A stretch of 64,000 nt of DNA from an uncultured delta proteobacterium (lineage in GTDB: Bacteria; Desulfobacterota; Binatia; Binatales; Binataceae), in assembly GCA_963733715.1 (NCBI GenBank), contig CAVTEN010000021.1, forward strand, positions 166,970 to 230,969. The letters run 5' to 3'. Positions 1 to 8,124 of the stretch are shown piece by piece (within the stretch, counting starts at the first letter, position 1; the number at the start of each line of letters is the position of its first letter). The notes beneath the pieces are model-generated. The model made no database searches, had not been told where the DNA came from, and saw nothing but the letters and a program-made list of their open reading frames with translations. Position numbers and translations under genes: made by a program.

Positions 1-281
1 AAGTCGAGACGCTGCGTGCTCTTCCGCCCGACCTTCAGGTGGAAGCGTTCTTCAACTGTTGGACCCGCAAGGAGGCCTACGTGAAGGCCCGCGGCCAGGG
101 ATTGTCGATCGAGCTCAACAGCTTCGACGTATCACTCACTCCAGGCGAGGAGGCAAAAATTCTTCGCGGCGACGATAGCATCGGCTGGTCGATGGTCGCA
201 TTCAAGCCCGAAGACGGCTGTGTGGCTGCGATGGCAACGCAGGGAAGCCCGCTTCGAATCGCCAATCCGCGCTGGCTCTGA
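1..281 (+). CDS. 4'-phosphopantetheinyl transferase (Sfp/EntD type), C-terminal fragment entering from the left edge
   Basis: ORF 39..281 stays open back to the window edge. FFNCWTRKEAYVKARGQG matches the W-x-x-KEA-x-x-KA motif of the PPTase superfamily. Confidence 0.7.
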   Translation, partial: VETLRALPPDLQVEAFFNCWTRKEAYVKARGQGLSIELNSFDVSLTPGEEAKILRGDDSIGWSMVAFKPEDGCVAAMATQGSPLRIANPRWL

Positions 282-474
282 ACTCTGAAATTCCGCCACC
301 CTGAACTTTTGAGCCTTACGCTCACGATCGTGCGGTGCAAGACTAATCGTGAATGATCAACTGGACATCAGGCAGGCGTGGATCATCCCGGACACATTGC
401 GGGCAAACAGGGTGCCATCGTTGCGGGTTGCTTGGCCGTTAGCGAATAACCGACCGGCAGGGCAGTTGCAGCGT

Positions 475-3400
475 ATGCATTTAAACAAGGCTTCAGTACG
501 GCTCGTGGTGCTCGTGATTTCCATTCCGTTGGTGGTGCTTGGCACAATAGTGAGCGTGTTGGGGCAAGCGCCGCCGAATCAACCGCCGCCCGGTGCGTAT
601 GTACCGATCCCGAACTACACCGGTGTCGGGGCAGGATCGCTGTTCCGGAGAGCGATTAACGATCGCTTTTCGGGCACGCAGCGGATGGCGCCGGCAATCG
701 CAACCGCGTCCTTCGCAAATCTCCCGATGGAACAAGACGGGATGTTGATCTATTGCCCGGATTGCAAGCTGACCTCGCCTTGTACAGGAACCGGAACCGG
801 GGCATGGGCGCTTGGGGCGCGTGGTCAATGGACATGCTCGAGCGGAGCGCTGGAGGCGAACCTCAACGCAAACGGAAACAAGATCGCAAATCTTGCCAAT
901 GGGACTGTCGGCGGCGACACGCTGGTATTTGGACAGCCCGCGGGCAGCGATCTCAGCGGATCGTTTCCCAACCCGATCGTTCAGACCGTGCTCGGCGGCA
1001 AGATGCCGGTTTACTCGAACCAAGCGAGCCCGCTGCTGAAGGACTCGATGCTGCCGGTGGTCGGTACAGCTACAAAGGTAATAGTGCAAGGCGCTCCGAA
1101 TTTAACTCTGAACAGGCCCTCGACGGTAGTATCAGGCCATACGATGGTCATGGGCTACTTCTCGACTGTTACTGCGGCACCAACAGCACCCTCAGGTTGG
1201 ACACTGATTCGGAGCGACACGGGCTGCGGTATCTTCGGAACGATGGCTAGCTATTACAAGGTTGCAGGCGGCAGTGAACCCAGCAGCTATACGTGGACAT
1301 TTTCCAGCGGCTATCACTCTGCGGCGCTGATCGACGTCGGAGTGACGGCGGCGAACCCGGTCGACGCGATCTCGCCCGCTGTGTGCGCATCCGGACCTAC
1401 GCTGACCGGACTTACACTAGGCGCACAACCAGAGAGGGTAATCATCTTCGGCGGCGGATCGAATAATTTCCTGGGGTCAGCTACGCAGATTCTGTTTAAT
1501 CAGGGGACGCAGTTCGCGCAAATAACTGGAAGTGGTATCGTGCCATTTTCGGGCGCCCACTTAGTCGCTAACTATGCCACCAGCCCTTCGGTCACTATGA
1601 CAATCGGCGGCGGCGCGGCGCAGATGATCGCAATCAAGCCGGCTGCGAGCTACGGCTCAAGTCCCGTGCTTCAGGGCGACAGCTATGCGGAACTGACGAA
1701 AATAGCCGCGACCTTCGGCAGCAATGCTTCGATCGAGCGTTTCAACATCGATGGGCGCTTCAACGTCAAGAATCCGATCTATGGCGCGAAGGGTGACGGT
1801 CTGGCTGACGATACGGCGGCAATTCAAGCTGCCTACAACGCGACTTGTGCGGCAGCTATAGCAGCGAATAGCGCCAACGCAAATATCGCAGCAACATTGT
1901 GGTTTCCGGCTGGCACTTATATCACGTCGTTTTCGCTCATATCCAACTGCTCACAACCGATCACCTGGAAGTGTGAGAGCGAGGGTGCTTGCACTATTCA
2001 GGCGGTATCGGAAGGCATATTCCCGATCATCATGCACGAGGCGAATGGCTATCTGAACGGCATTACTACGCAAGGTCCCATCTTGTCAGCCTCGCTCGCG
2101 ACCGGGTCTGGATCGTCGCTGAATTGGGGTCCGGGTTCCGCGCAGTACTATGATCTGAAAGACGCGCAGCTAGGGAATAACGGCTCGACCGGATGGAACA
2201 ACGCGAAACCCATCAATGGGTGGTCGGCGCTCAGCGTCGAAGGTTTTTTGAACTACGCTGGCGGCGGGTCGGGCAACATCTTCATTCTCAATAGCATTGG
2301 CGACGATCTCAACGGAGTCTGCGGCGGTAGATCCTGTTCAGCGGCGATAGGACTCTTTCTTGTGCCGGGAACGCCAAACACACTTGCGGCGTGTATTACG
2401 ACGAGCGGGAGCGGCTTGGTGTGTTCGGCGGGGGGCGGCAGCATCACGCCTGGAACTACCTACGAGTTTGAGGCGAGCTATGACGGCTCCACGCTAAGGG
2501 TATTTTACGGGGCTCCAGGCGGCACGACGACGCTGGCGAGCAGTGTTGCGGCGACCGGAACCATCATTCAGAAACCGAGCGAGGTGTTCACCCTGGGCGA
2601 CGGTGGCAGCATCGCGATCGGCGGCGCCAACGGTTCCGGGTCGAGTCATTGGATCGGTCAGCTCGATTCGATTCGCATCTCGAGCGTCGCGCGGCACACG
2701 GCAACCTACACCGCGCCGACCGCGAAGTTCGCCAACGACGGCAGCACGCTTATCCTGCTCAACAATCTTGCGCAGAGCGACACGCTATTGCAGGTGACCA
2801 ATGTGACCGGTGCGCCGAATGCGGCATGGATTCCGCTGCACTTCTACGGGAATTTTGGAACCGGCGCGCCGCCGGGAAACGTCCATGCCAATTTTGTGAA
2901 TCTTAGTCTTCAGGGCGGCAATTACAACCTGCTCGGCGAGAATGTGCTTTACACAACGCTGGACCACGTGAGCGGCGGCGGCGCGTCGCATGACGCATTC
3001 AAATTTGAGGATATTTCTTACGGCACCCGCATCGAACACTTAAACGCCGCGGTCACAGAATTCGGCGAATCCAACGTGGTGATGTCGCACACAAACGGGT
3101 TGGTTTATCTATCGTGGCTGTTCTCGACCGGCGGTTACTACGGGATGGAGTTGATTGACTCGGGCGGCATCTATTCGATGCTCTTCATGAATCCCGGAAG
3201 TAACGCGATTGCGGATCTGGATATCGGTGGCAGTACCATCTTCAACAGCACATCGATTCATGAGTTCAACGTCGATTTCGAGAGCGGTGGAACTCCGGTG
3301 CCGGCGAAGATTTGGGGTCAGGGTGCGGTGCAATTCTACGGCGGCGACTGGCAGTACGACCCGAGCGTGAATGCAATCTGGGCTTGGCCTGGCAGCGGTG

Positions 3401-3786
3401 CCGCGAACGGGTTGGCGATCACGTTGTTCGGCGGTCAGGTTGATATTTTGGGGACGCCAACGAACGCGCTCGTCAGTTGGAAGGGCGGAACGCCCGCGAC
3501 TCCGCTCACATGGATCAATCCGATCGTGAACGGGAAGTCGCTGTCCGCCGCGGGCGTGCCGCTATCGGACAATAGTGACTACGCGCAAGCCCTGGGCGAC
3601 GTGCTGATTGCGCCGGTCAAGACTGTAGCGACGCTGCCTACATGCAACAGCGCGGCGAAAGGATGGGAAGTGCAGATCAAGGACTGCAATGCGAACTGCA
3701 CGACTTATTTGGGCACGACTTTCACGGGGGGCGGATCGACGCGATCGACCGTGCAGTGCAACGGGACCGCATGGGAGCTTCACTGA
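475..3786 (+). CDS. Large membrane-anchored tailspike-like protein (beta-helix/pectate-lyase-fold domain plus LamG-like domain); candidate glycan depolymerase
   Basis: Track ORF 349..3786. The ATG at 475 precedes one hydrophobic anchor (VRLVVLVISIPLVVLGTIVSVLG). NANGNKIANLANGTVGGDTLVFGQ looks like a tail-fibre motif. FNVKNPIYGAKGDGLADDTAAIQAAY is the GDG-xx-DDT signature of Pectate_lyase_3/tailspike beta-helices. WIGQLDSIRISSVARH is LamG-like. Confidence 0.6.
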   Translation: MHLNKASVRLVVLVISIPLVVLGTIVSVLGQAPPNQPPPGAYVPIPNYTGVGAGSLFRRAINDRFSGTQRMAPAIATASFANLPMEQDGMLIYCPDCKLTSPCTGTGTGAWALGARGQWTCSSGALEANLNANGNKIANLANGTVGGDTLVFGQPAGSDLSGSFPNPIVQTVLGGKMPVYSNQASPLLKDSMLPVVGTATKVIVQGAPNLTLNRPSTVVSGHTMVMGYFSTVTAAPTAPSGWTLIRSDTGCGIFGTMASYYKVAGGSEPSSYTWTFSSGYHSAALIDVGVTAANPVDAISPAVCASGPTLTGLTLGAQPERVIIFGGGSNNFLGSATQILFNQGTQFAQITGSGIVPFSGAHLVANYATSPSVTMTIGGGAAQMIAIKPAASYGSSPVLQGDSYAELTKIAATFGSNASIERFNIDGRFNVKNPIYGAKGDGLADDTAAIQAAYNATCAAAIAANSANANIAATLWFPAGTYITSFSLISNCSQPITWKCESEGACTIQAVSEGIFPIIMHEANGYLNGITTQGPILSASLATGSGSSLNWGPGSAQYYDLKDAQLGNNGSTGWNNAKPINGWSALSVEGFLNYAGGGSGNIFILNSIGDDLNGVCGGRSCSAAIGLFLVPGTPNTLAACITTSGSGLVCSAGGGSITPGTTYEFEASYDGSTLRVFYGAPGGTTTLASSVAATGTIIQKPSEVFTLGDGGSIAIGGANGSGSSHWIGQLDSIRISSVARHTATYTAPTAKFANDGSTLILLNNLAQSDTLLQVTNVTGAPNAAWIPLHFYGNFGTGAPPGNVHANFVNLSLQGGNYNLLGENVLYTTLDHVSGGGASHDAFKFEDISYGTRIEHLNAAVTEFGESNVVMSHTNGLVYLSWLFSTGGYYGMELIDSGGIYSMLFMNPGSNAIADLDIGGSTIFNSTSIHEFNVDFESGGTPVPAKIWGQGAVQFYGGDWQYDPSVNAIWAWPGSGAANGLAITLFGGQVDILGTPTNALVSWKGGTPATPLTWINPIVNGKSLSAAGVPLSDNSDYAQALGDVLIAPVKTVATLPTCNSAAKGWEVQIKDCNANCTTYLGTTFTGGGSTRSTVQCNGTAWELH

Positions 3787-5135
3787 AGCGCTATAAGTAC
3801 GTTTCGCGCCTGCTTGTGATCGCTTGCGTTCTCGCGGGAGTGAAGTTTGTCGTGCGTGGACCCGCGCGGGTGGTGTCAGGCTCCGGCGATCTTAAAGCAA
3901 TTTACCTGCCGTCGCGCGCGTGGCTGCATGGGCTCAACCCCTACGACGAGGAGGTCATCCGTCGGACGTGGATTGATGCGGGGGAGACAGGAACGGCGCC
4001 CATCCGCTGGGGCGCGCCTTCGGTATATCCGCCGACCACGCTGGCCATGCTCAGCCCTCTCAGCGCTTTCCCATGGATGTTTGCTCGACCGATTTGGTGC
4101 GCAGCGAATCTGGTTGCGTTGGTGGTGCTGATGATCTGCCTGCATCAACTCGCTGAAGTCCGATGGTTTGAGGGGCGAAGTCTCTGCATGATCGCGATCA
4201 TGCTTGCGTTCGAGCCGGTATCGACCACGATCGCGCTGGGACAGCCTTCGATCATTGTCGCGGCTTTGGCGGCCGCATCGATTGTTTATGGAACGCGCAG
4301 CGAATCGAAAACCGGTTTGCTCGAGGGACTTGCGATAGCCCTCAAACCACAGCTGGGAATCGCGTTTGCAGCTCCGTACGTTCTCGCACGGCGATGGAAA
4401 TACCTGGTCGTGGTCCTGGCGACGGTCGTGATAGTCGGTTTTATCGCCGCCATACGACTGCCCGCGCACACCCGCTGGACCGCCGACTATCTGGCGAATC
4501 TTCATTTTGCGTTCGGGCCAGGAGGGGCGAATGACGCTGGGCCGTTGAACCCCAACCGAATCGAGTTCATCAATCTCGGATACCTCTTCAGCTTGTTTCT
4601 GAGGAGCCGCTCGCTCGCCGAGGGATTGGGGTGGGCCGCTGGCTTAGCCTTGGCACTTCCGGGATTGAAGGAGCTCATCCGGCGTCCTACGGGAGTGATG
4701 TTGCTGGAGTGTGTGGCGCTAATGGCGACGGTGGAACTGCTGGTCTTCTATCACAAGGCATACGACGCGGTCGTGCTTACGTTTCCAATGGCGTGGGCGT
4801 TGTCGCCTGCAGTTCCACTAAGGCGGAGTTGGCCGGTGCTGCTGACCTTGGGCTGCTACATATTGCCGGGCGGCGTGGCAGTACAAGTCCTGGGTCAGTC
4901 GCATTACGTCTCCTCCGCGATATCCTCGAGCGCCGTGTGGCGGACGCTCATTGTGCCTTATCAAGCCTGGGCAGTGCTGATTATGGCGTTATGGTTGTCC
5001 GGCTGCCTGTTGCGTCCGAGAACTGACGCTGCCGCCGAATCTCTGAGCGGATTAAGAAATGCGACCTTCCGTTCTAGGACAGTAGCAGCCACCGAAGATG
5101 GGTCGCGTGGCAATGTTGACAACGGTACAGCGTGA
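3771..5135 (+). CDS. Polytopic membrane protein, GT-C-like (DUF2029/GT87-like glycosyltransferase candidate)
   Basis: Track ORF 3642..5135. An in-frame ATG at 3771 overlaps the stop of the upstream gene. Many hydrophobic segments; GLAIALKPQLGIAFAAPYVL resembles the DUF2029 family core. Confidence 0.45.
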   Translation: MGASLKRYKYVSRLLVIACVLAGVKFVVRGPARVVSGSGDLKAIYLPSRAWLHGLNPYDEEVIRRTWIDAGETGTAPIRWGAPSVYPPTTLAMLSPLSAFPWMFARPIWCAANLVALVVLMICLHQLAEVRWFEGRSLCMIAIMLAFEPVSTTIALGQPSIIVAALAAASIVYGTRSESKTGLLEGLAIALKPQLGIAFAAPYVLARRWKYLVVVLATVVIVGFIAAIRLPAHTRWTADYLANLHFAFGPGGANDAGPLNPNRIEFINLGYLFSLFLRSRSLAEGLGWAAGLALALPGLKELIRRPTGVMLLECVALMATVELLVFYHKAYDAVVLTFPMAWALSPAVPLRRSWPVLLTLGCYILPGGVAVQVLGQSHYVSSAISSSAVWRTLIVPYQAWAVLIMALWLSGCLLRPRTDAAAESLSGLRNATFRSRTVAATEDGSRGNVDNGTA

Positions 5136-5259
5136 AACGGAACAGCTTGTATAGCCGGGGTTGGGGCTTACGCGAAAGTCGGATTTCGTGGCTGCCGCAA
5201 TCTGGGCATTCCGTCATCGAGGAACCGATCAGCCGTCTAAGCGGTCTCAGGACTCTCAT
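5074..5259 (-). CDS. Small zinc-ribbon protein (CPDC...CQHC)
   Basis: 61-aa ORF with two CxxC pairs (CPDCGS ... YRCQHCH). It converges on and overlaps the 3' end of 3771..5135 by ~60 nt, so it may be spurious. Confidence 0.3.
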   Translation of the reverse strand: MRVLRPLRRLIGSSMTECPDCGSHEIRLSRKPQPRLYKLFRFTLYRCQHCHATHLRWLLLS

Positions 5260-5495
5260 CTAAGTAATTCCAAAGGCTCTCAAATTATTTCTAAACCCTC
5301 CAAGAAGAGCAGCTTTATTGCAACCGCGCAGCTGATTTTCCGCCGCAATTCGTTTCAGGCTCTGCTTGCAAGTACGTAGCAAAAACTGGTCTTATCGGCT
5401 CGTACAAAAGATTGCCGGCGAATGATCTTTAATGCGTCCAGGTTCTACTTCTTAATTCCGTTATCTGTTGCGATTTCGCGATGACATAGAGAGCG

Positions 5496-6218
5496 GTGCA
5501 TCCGATCGTCAGATTGAGGCAAACGATCTTTGCCGGGCGCAAAGTGATGCTGCCCATCGCGAAGGACGCGCGCGTCCTTGAAGTCGGCGGCGGCGACAGC
5601 CCGTCACCGCGTGCTGACGTTCTGGTAGATTTCGCACTGGAGCCGCGGGAACGATGGGGCGGCAGAATCGAGCGCGATGACCGTCCGCTGGTCCTTGCGC
5701 GCGGCGAGGCATTGCCTTTTCGTGATAAGTCATTCGACTACGTAATTGCCTTCCATGTACTGGAGCACAGCGAGCATCCCGAGGTGTTCCTGTCTGAATT
5801 GCAGCGCGTCGCATCGGCCGGGTACATCGAGACGCCCAGTTTTTGGTCGGAACGCGTTTTGCCGCTTTCGGTTCATCGCTCGGAAGTTGCGGCGATCGAC
5901 GACGGCCGCGGTCCGATGCTGATAATCCGCAAAAAACCGGCACCGGTGTGCGATCCGCTGCTCGAGCGTGCGTTCAAGGTGAAGATGAACGAGGGGGCGC
6001 TGGCGGCTATAAGTCCGGAGGCCTGGGTGACGCGTTTTCACTGGAAGGATCGAATTCCATACGCAGTCGTAAACCCGGAGGTTGAGTCGATCTGGCCGGT
6101 AGAGCCGGCTTCGTACGACGGTTTCAATCCCCGCACGCGGGTCAGGCGCATTCTAATAGCGGGGGCATCCGCTGTCTTCGCTTTGCGACGCCGCCTTCGC
6201 GGCGCGAGCAAAATCTGA
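5496..6218 (+). CDS. Class I SAM-dependent methyltransferase
   Basis: VLEVGGGDSPSP (motif I-like) and LPFRDKSFDYVIAFHVLEH (Methyltransf_11-like motif); GTG start. Confidence 0.65.
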   Translation: MHPIVRLRQTIFAGRKVMLPIAKDARVLEVGGGDSPSPRADVLVDFALEPRERWGGRIERDDRPLVLARGEALPFRDKSFDYVIAFHVLEHSEHPEVFLSELQRVASAGYIETPSFWSERVLPLSVHRSEVAAIDDGRGPMLIIRKKPAPVCDPLLERAFKVKMNEGALAAISPEAWVTRFHWKDRIPYAVVNPEVESIWPVEPASYDGFNPRTRVRRILIAGASAVFALRRRLRGASKI

Positions 6219-6857
6219 GCGATTCTGAGGCTGCGCGATTCCGACGCGGGACCGAATTCGTCACCCAAGAAGAGAAACTCGCCTAGCAGGAGTGAAAACA
6301 TTTTGACTGCTGCTTGATCGCGCACCTTATGGCAGCTTGGTCTTCGGTATCCAGAGCGGATGGTCGTTTGCAACTGATCGGGTTCGCTAATAGAATCCCG
6401 CGCAGTGTTAAAAGTCTTCGCTTGACCATTCGGGCATCGCATCCGGCGTCGCAAGGCCGGTGCGTTGCGGAAATGGCGGGCAGTGCTTGTACCGAGGGGC
6501 CACGGAAGAGCGCGAGGAACACCCGCTAATTCAGGGGGAACACCAAAAACGTCGATGTCCGAAACTTTCGCACTCGCCGATCGAGCGCTTGCGGCTACCG
6601 TGGTTTGCTAATATGGTGGTTCCTAGCGCGTCTAAGCACTTCTTACAATACCTGAGAGACGCCTGAAGGAAAAAAGGCAGCATTGCACTTTTGTAGATGC
6701 CGATAGCATCAGTGGGCATCGAGCTTGAGTGAACCAGTAGCAAACTGGGAGCGGCCCGATTGGTTCATCGTGGAATCAAGGGATGGCGGACGCGTGCCCG
6801 CTTGAGACGGTCAGGATCTTGAAAACGATTGCGTGGCATCGGACCGCGTCGCGATCT

Positions 6858-8111
6858 GTGAAGAAAGGCGCCAAATTGAAGACGACAAGAAAACGATCAG
6901 CTGGATTCCTGGCTTGGTCATTTGCTGCGTTAGCCGCGATGGCGTTGAACGCCTGCGCGACCGCTGCGCCGCCGCCAGTGGACAGGGCAAATGCGCCTGC
7001 AGCTCCGACGATTGATCCTCGAATTCCGAGCGTGGCAAATTCTGATGCCAATCAGGAGCGATTGAAAGCGCTGTGGGAGAAGCGATCGGCCCGCGCGGAG
7101 ACGACGACGGACTTCCCGATCGGTCCCGGGGACGTAATCGAAATCGCGGTGCCGGGGGTCGATGACCTGAAGGATCGCACCGTTCGAGTCAGCGGCAGCG
7201 GTCAGATAGAGCTGCCGCTGATTGGGATAATCGAGGCCTCGGGCCAAACTGAAGCCGGTCTGCGAGACAAGTTAAGGGGCGCGCTCACCAAGTACATGTA
7301 CGATCCCCAGGTGGACGTGTTCGTGCGGGAGTACCATAGCCGGCAGGTGGCGGTGGTCGGGGCGGTGAAGAATCCCGGGCTTGTGATATTGACCGGCGCG
7401 GGCGAGACGATTCTGGACGTGATCACACAAGCAGGCGGAATGACGCCGGATGCAGCGGACGAGATCGTGATCCTGCCGGAGGTAAAGGGCGGCAGCGAGA
7501 AGCTCAAGCAGATTGCGAGCTCGATGGCCGAGGGCAGTTCCGCCAAACCCGGGACCGATGAAGAGACGCATGCCGGCACCACTCACACGGCACAAGCGGC
7601 GTCCACGCCAGGTGTGATGCAAGCTTCGACGACAGCGTCGGATAGCCCCGTCGATCTCCCAACTCTGGAACGGGAAGTCAGCAACGGTCCCGCAGTAGTG
7701 ATCCCATTGAAAAGCGCGATGAGAGGCAGTGCGAAATACGTGAACATGCCGGCGAATCCCGGCGACATTATCGTAGTTCCCGGCGGAGGAAACGTGATGG
7801 TAACTGGCTGGGTCTACAAGCCGGGCTACTTCCAGGTGGGATCGGGTTTGACGGTGCTGGGCGCAGTCGCGTCTGCGGGCGGCGCTATGTACGCTGCGAA
7901 TCCGTCGGACGCCACGTTGATCCGGAGCGACGGCAGCGGCAACAAGGTTTCAATACCTGTGGATTTGGAGAAAATCTCGAAGGGCGACGATTCCGACATT
8001 CCAGTCCGCGCCAACGACGTGATCGATGTTCCATACTCCGACGTGAAGATCGGGCCGTATGTTTTCTATAACATCCTGACTCGCGTGCCGTTACCGACCT
8101 ACGGTTTCTGA
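6858..8111 (+). CDS. Polysaccharide export outer-membrane lipoprotein (Wza-like: Poly_export + SLBB)
   Basis: Track ORF 6783..8111. The GTG at 6858 gives VKKGAKLKTTRKRSAGFLAWSFAALAAMALNAC, a lipobox signal. FPIGPGDVIEIAVPGVDDL and HSRQVAVVGAVKNPG are Poly_export/SLBB motifs. A Ser/Thr/Ala-rich insert lies at ~7500-7680. Confidence 0.8.
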   Translation: MKKGAKLKTTRKRSAGFLAWSFAALAAMALNACATAAPPPVDRANAPAAPTIDPRIPSVANSDANQERLKALWEKRSARAETTTDFPIGPGDVIEIAVPGVDDLKDRTVRVSGSGQIELPLIGIIEASGQTEAGLRDKLRGALTKYMYDPQVDVFVREYHSRQVAVVGAVKNPGLVILTGAGETILDVITQAGGMTPDAADEIVILPEVKGGSEKLKQIASSMAEGSSAKPGTDEETHAGTTHTAQAASTPGVMQASTTASDSPVDLPTLEREVSNGPAVVIPLKSAMRGSAKYVNMPANPGDIIVVPGGGNVMVTGWVYKPGYFQVGSGLTVLGAVASAGGAMYAANPSDATLIRSDGSGNKVSIPVDLEKISKGDDSDIPVRANDVIDVPYSDVKIGPYVFYNILTRVPLPTYGF

Positions 8112-8124
8112 TGCTGGACCGACG

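Noticed and set aside
6660-6700. Possible sigma-54 promoter (GG...GC in aaggcagcattgcac) in the wza leader
   Set aside because: The spacing between the GG and GC elements is about 9 nt instead of the canonical 12, and the flanking consensus (TGGCAC/TTGCW) is poor.
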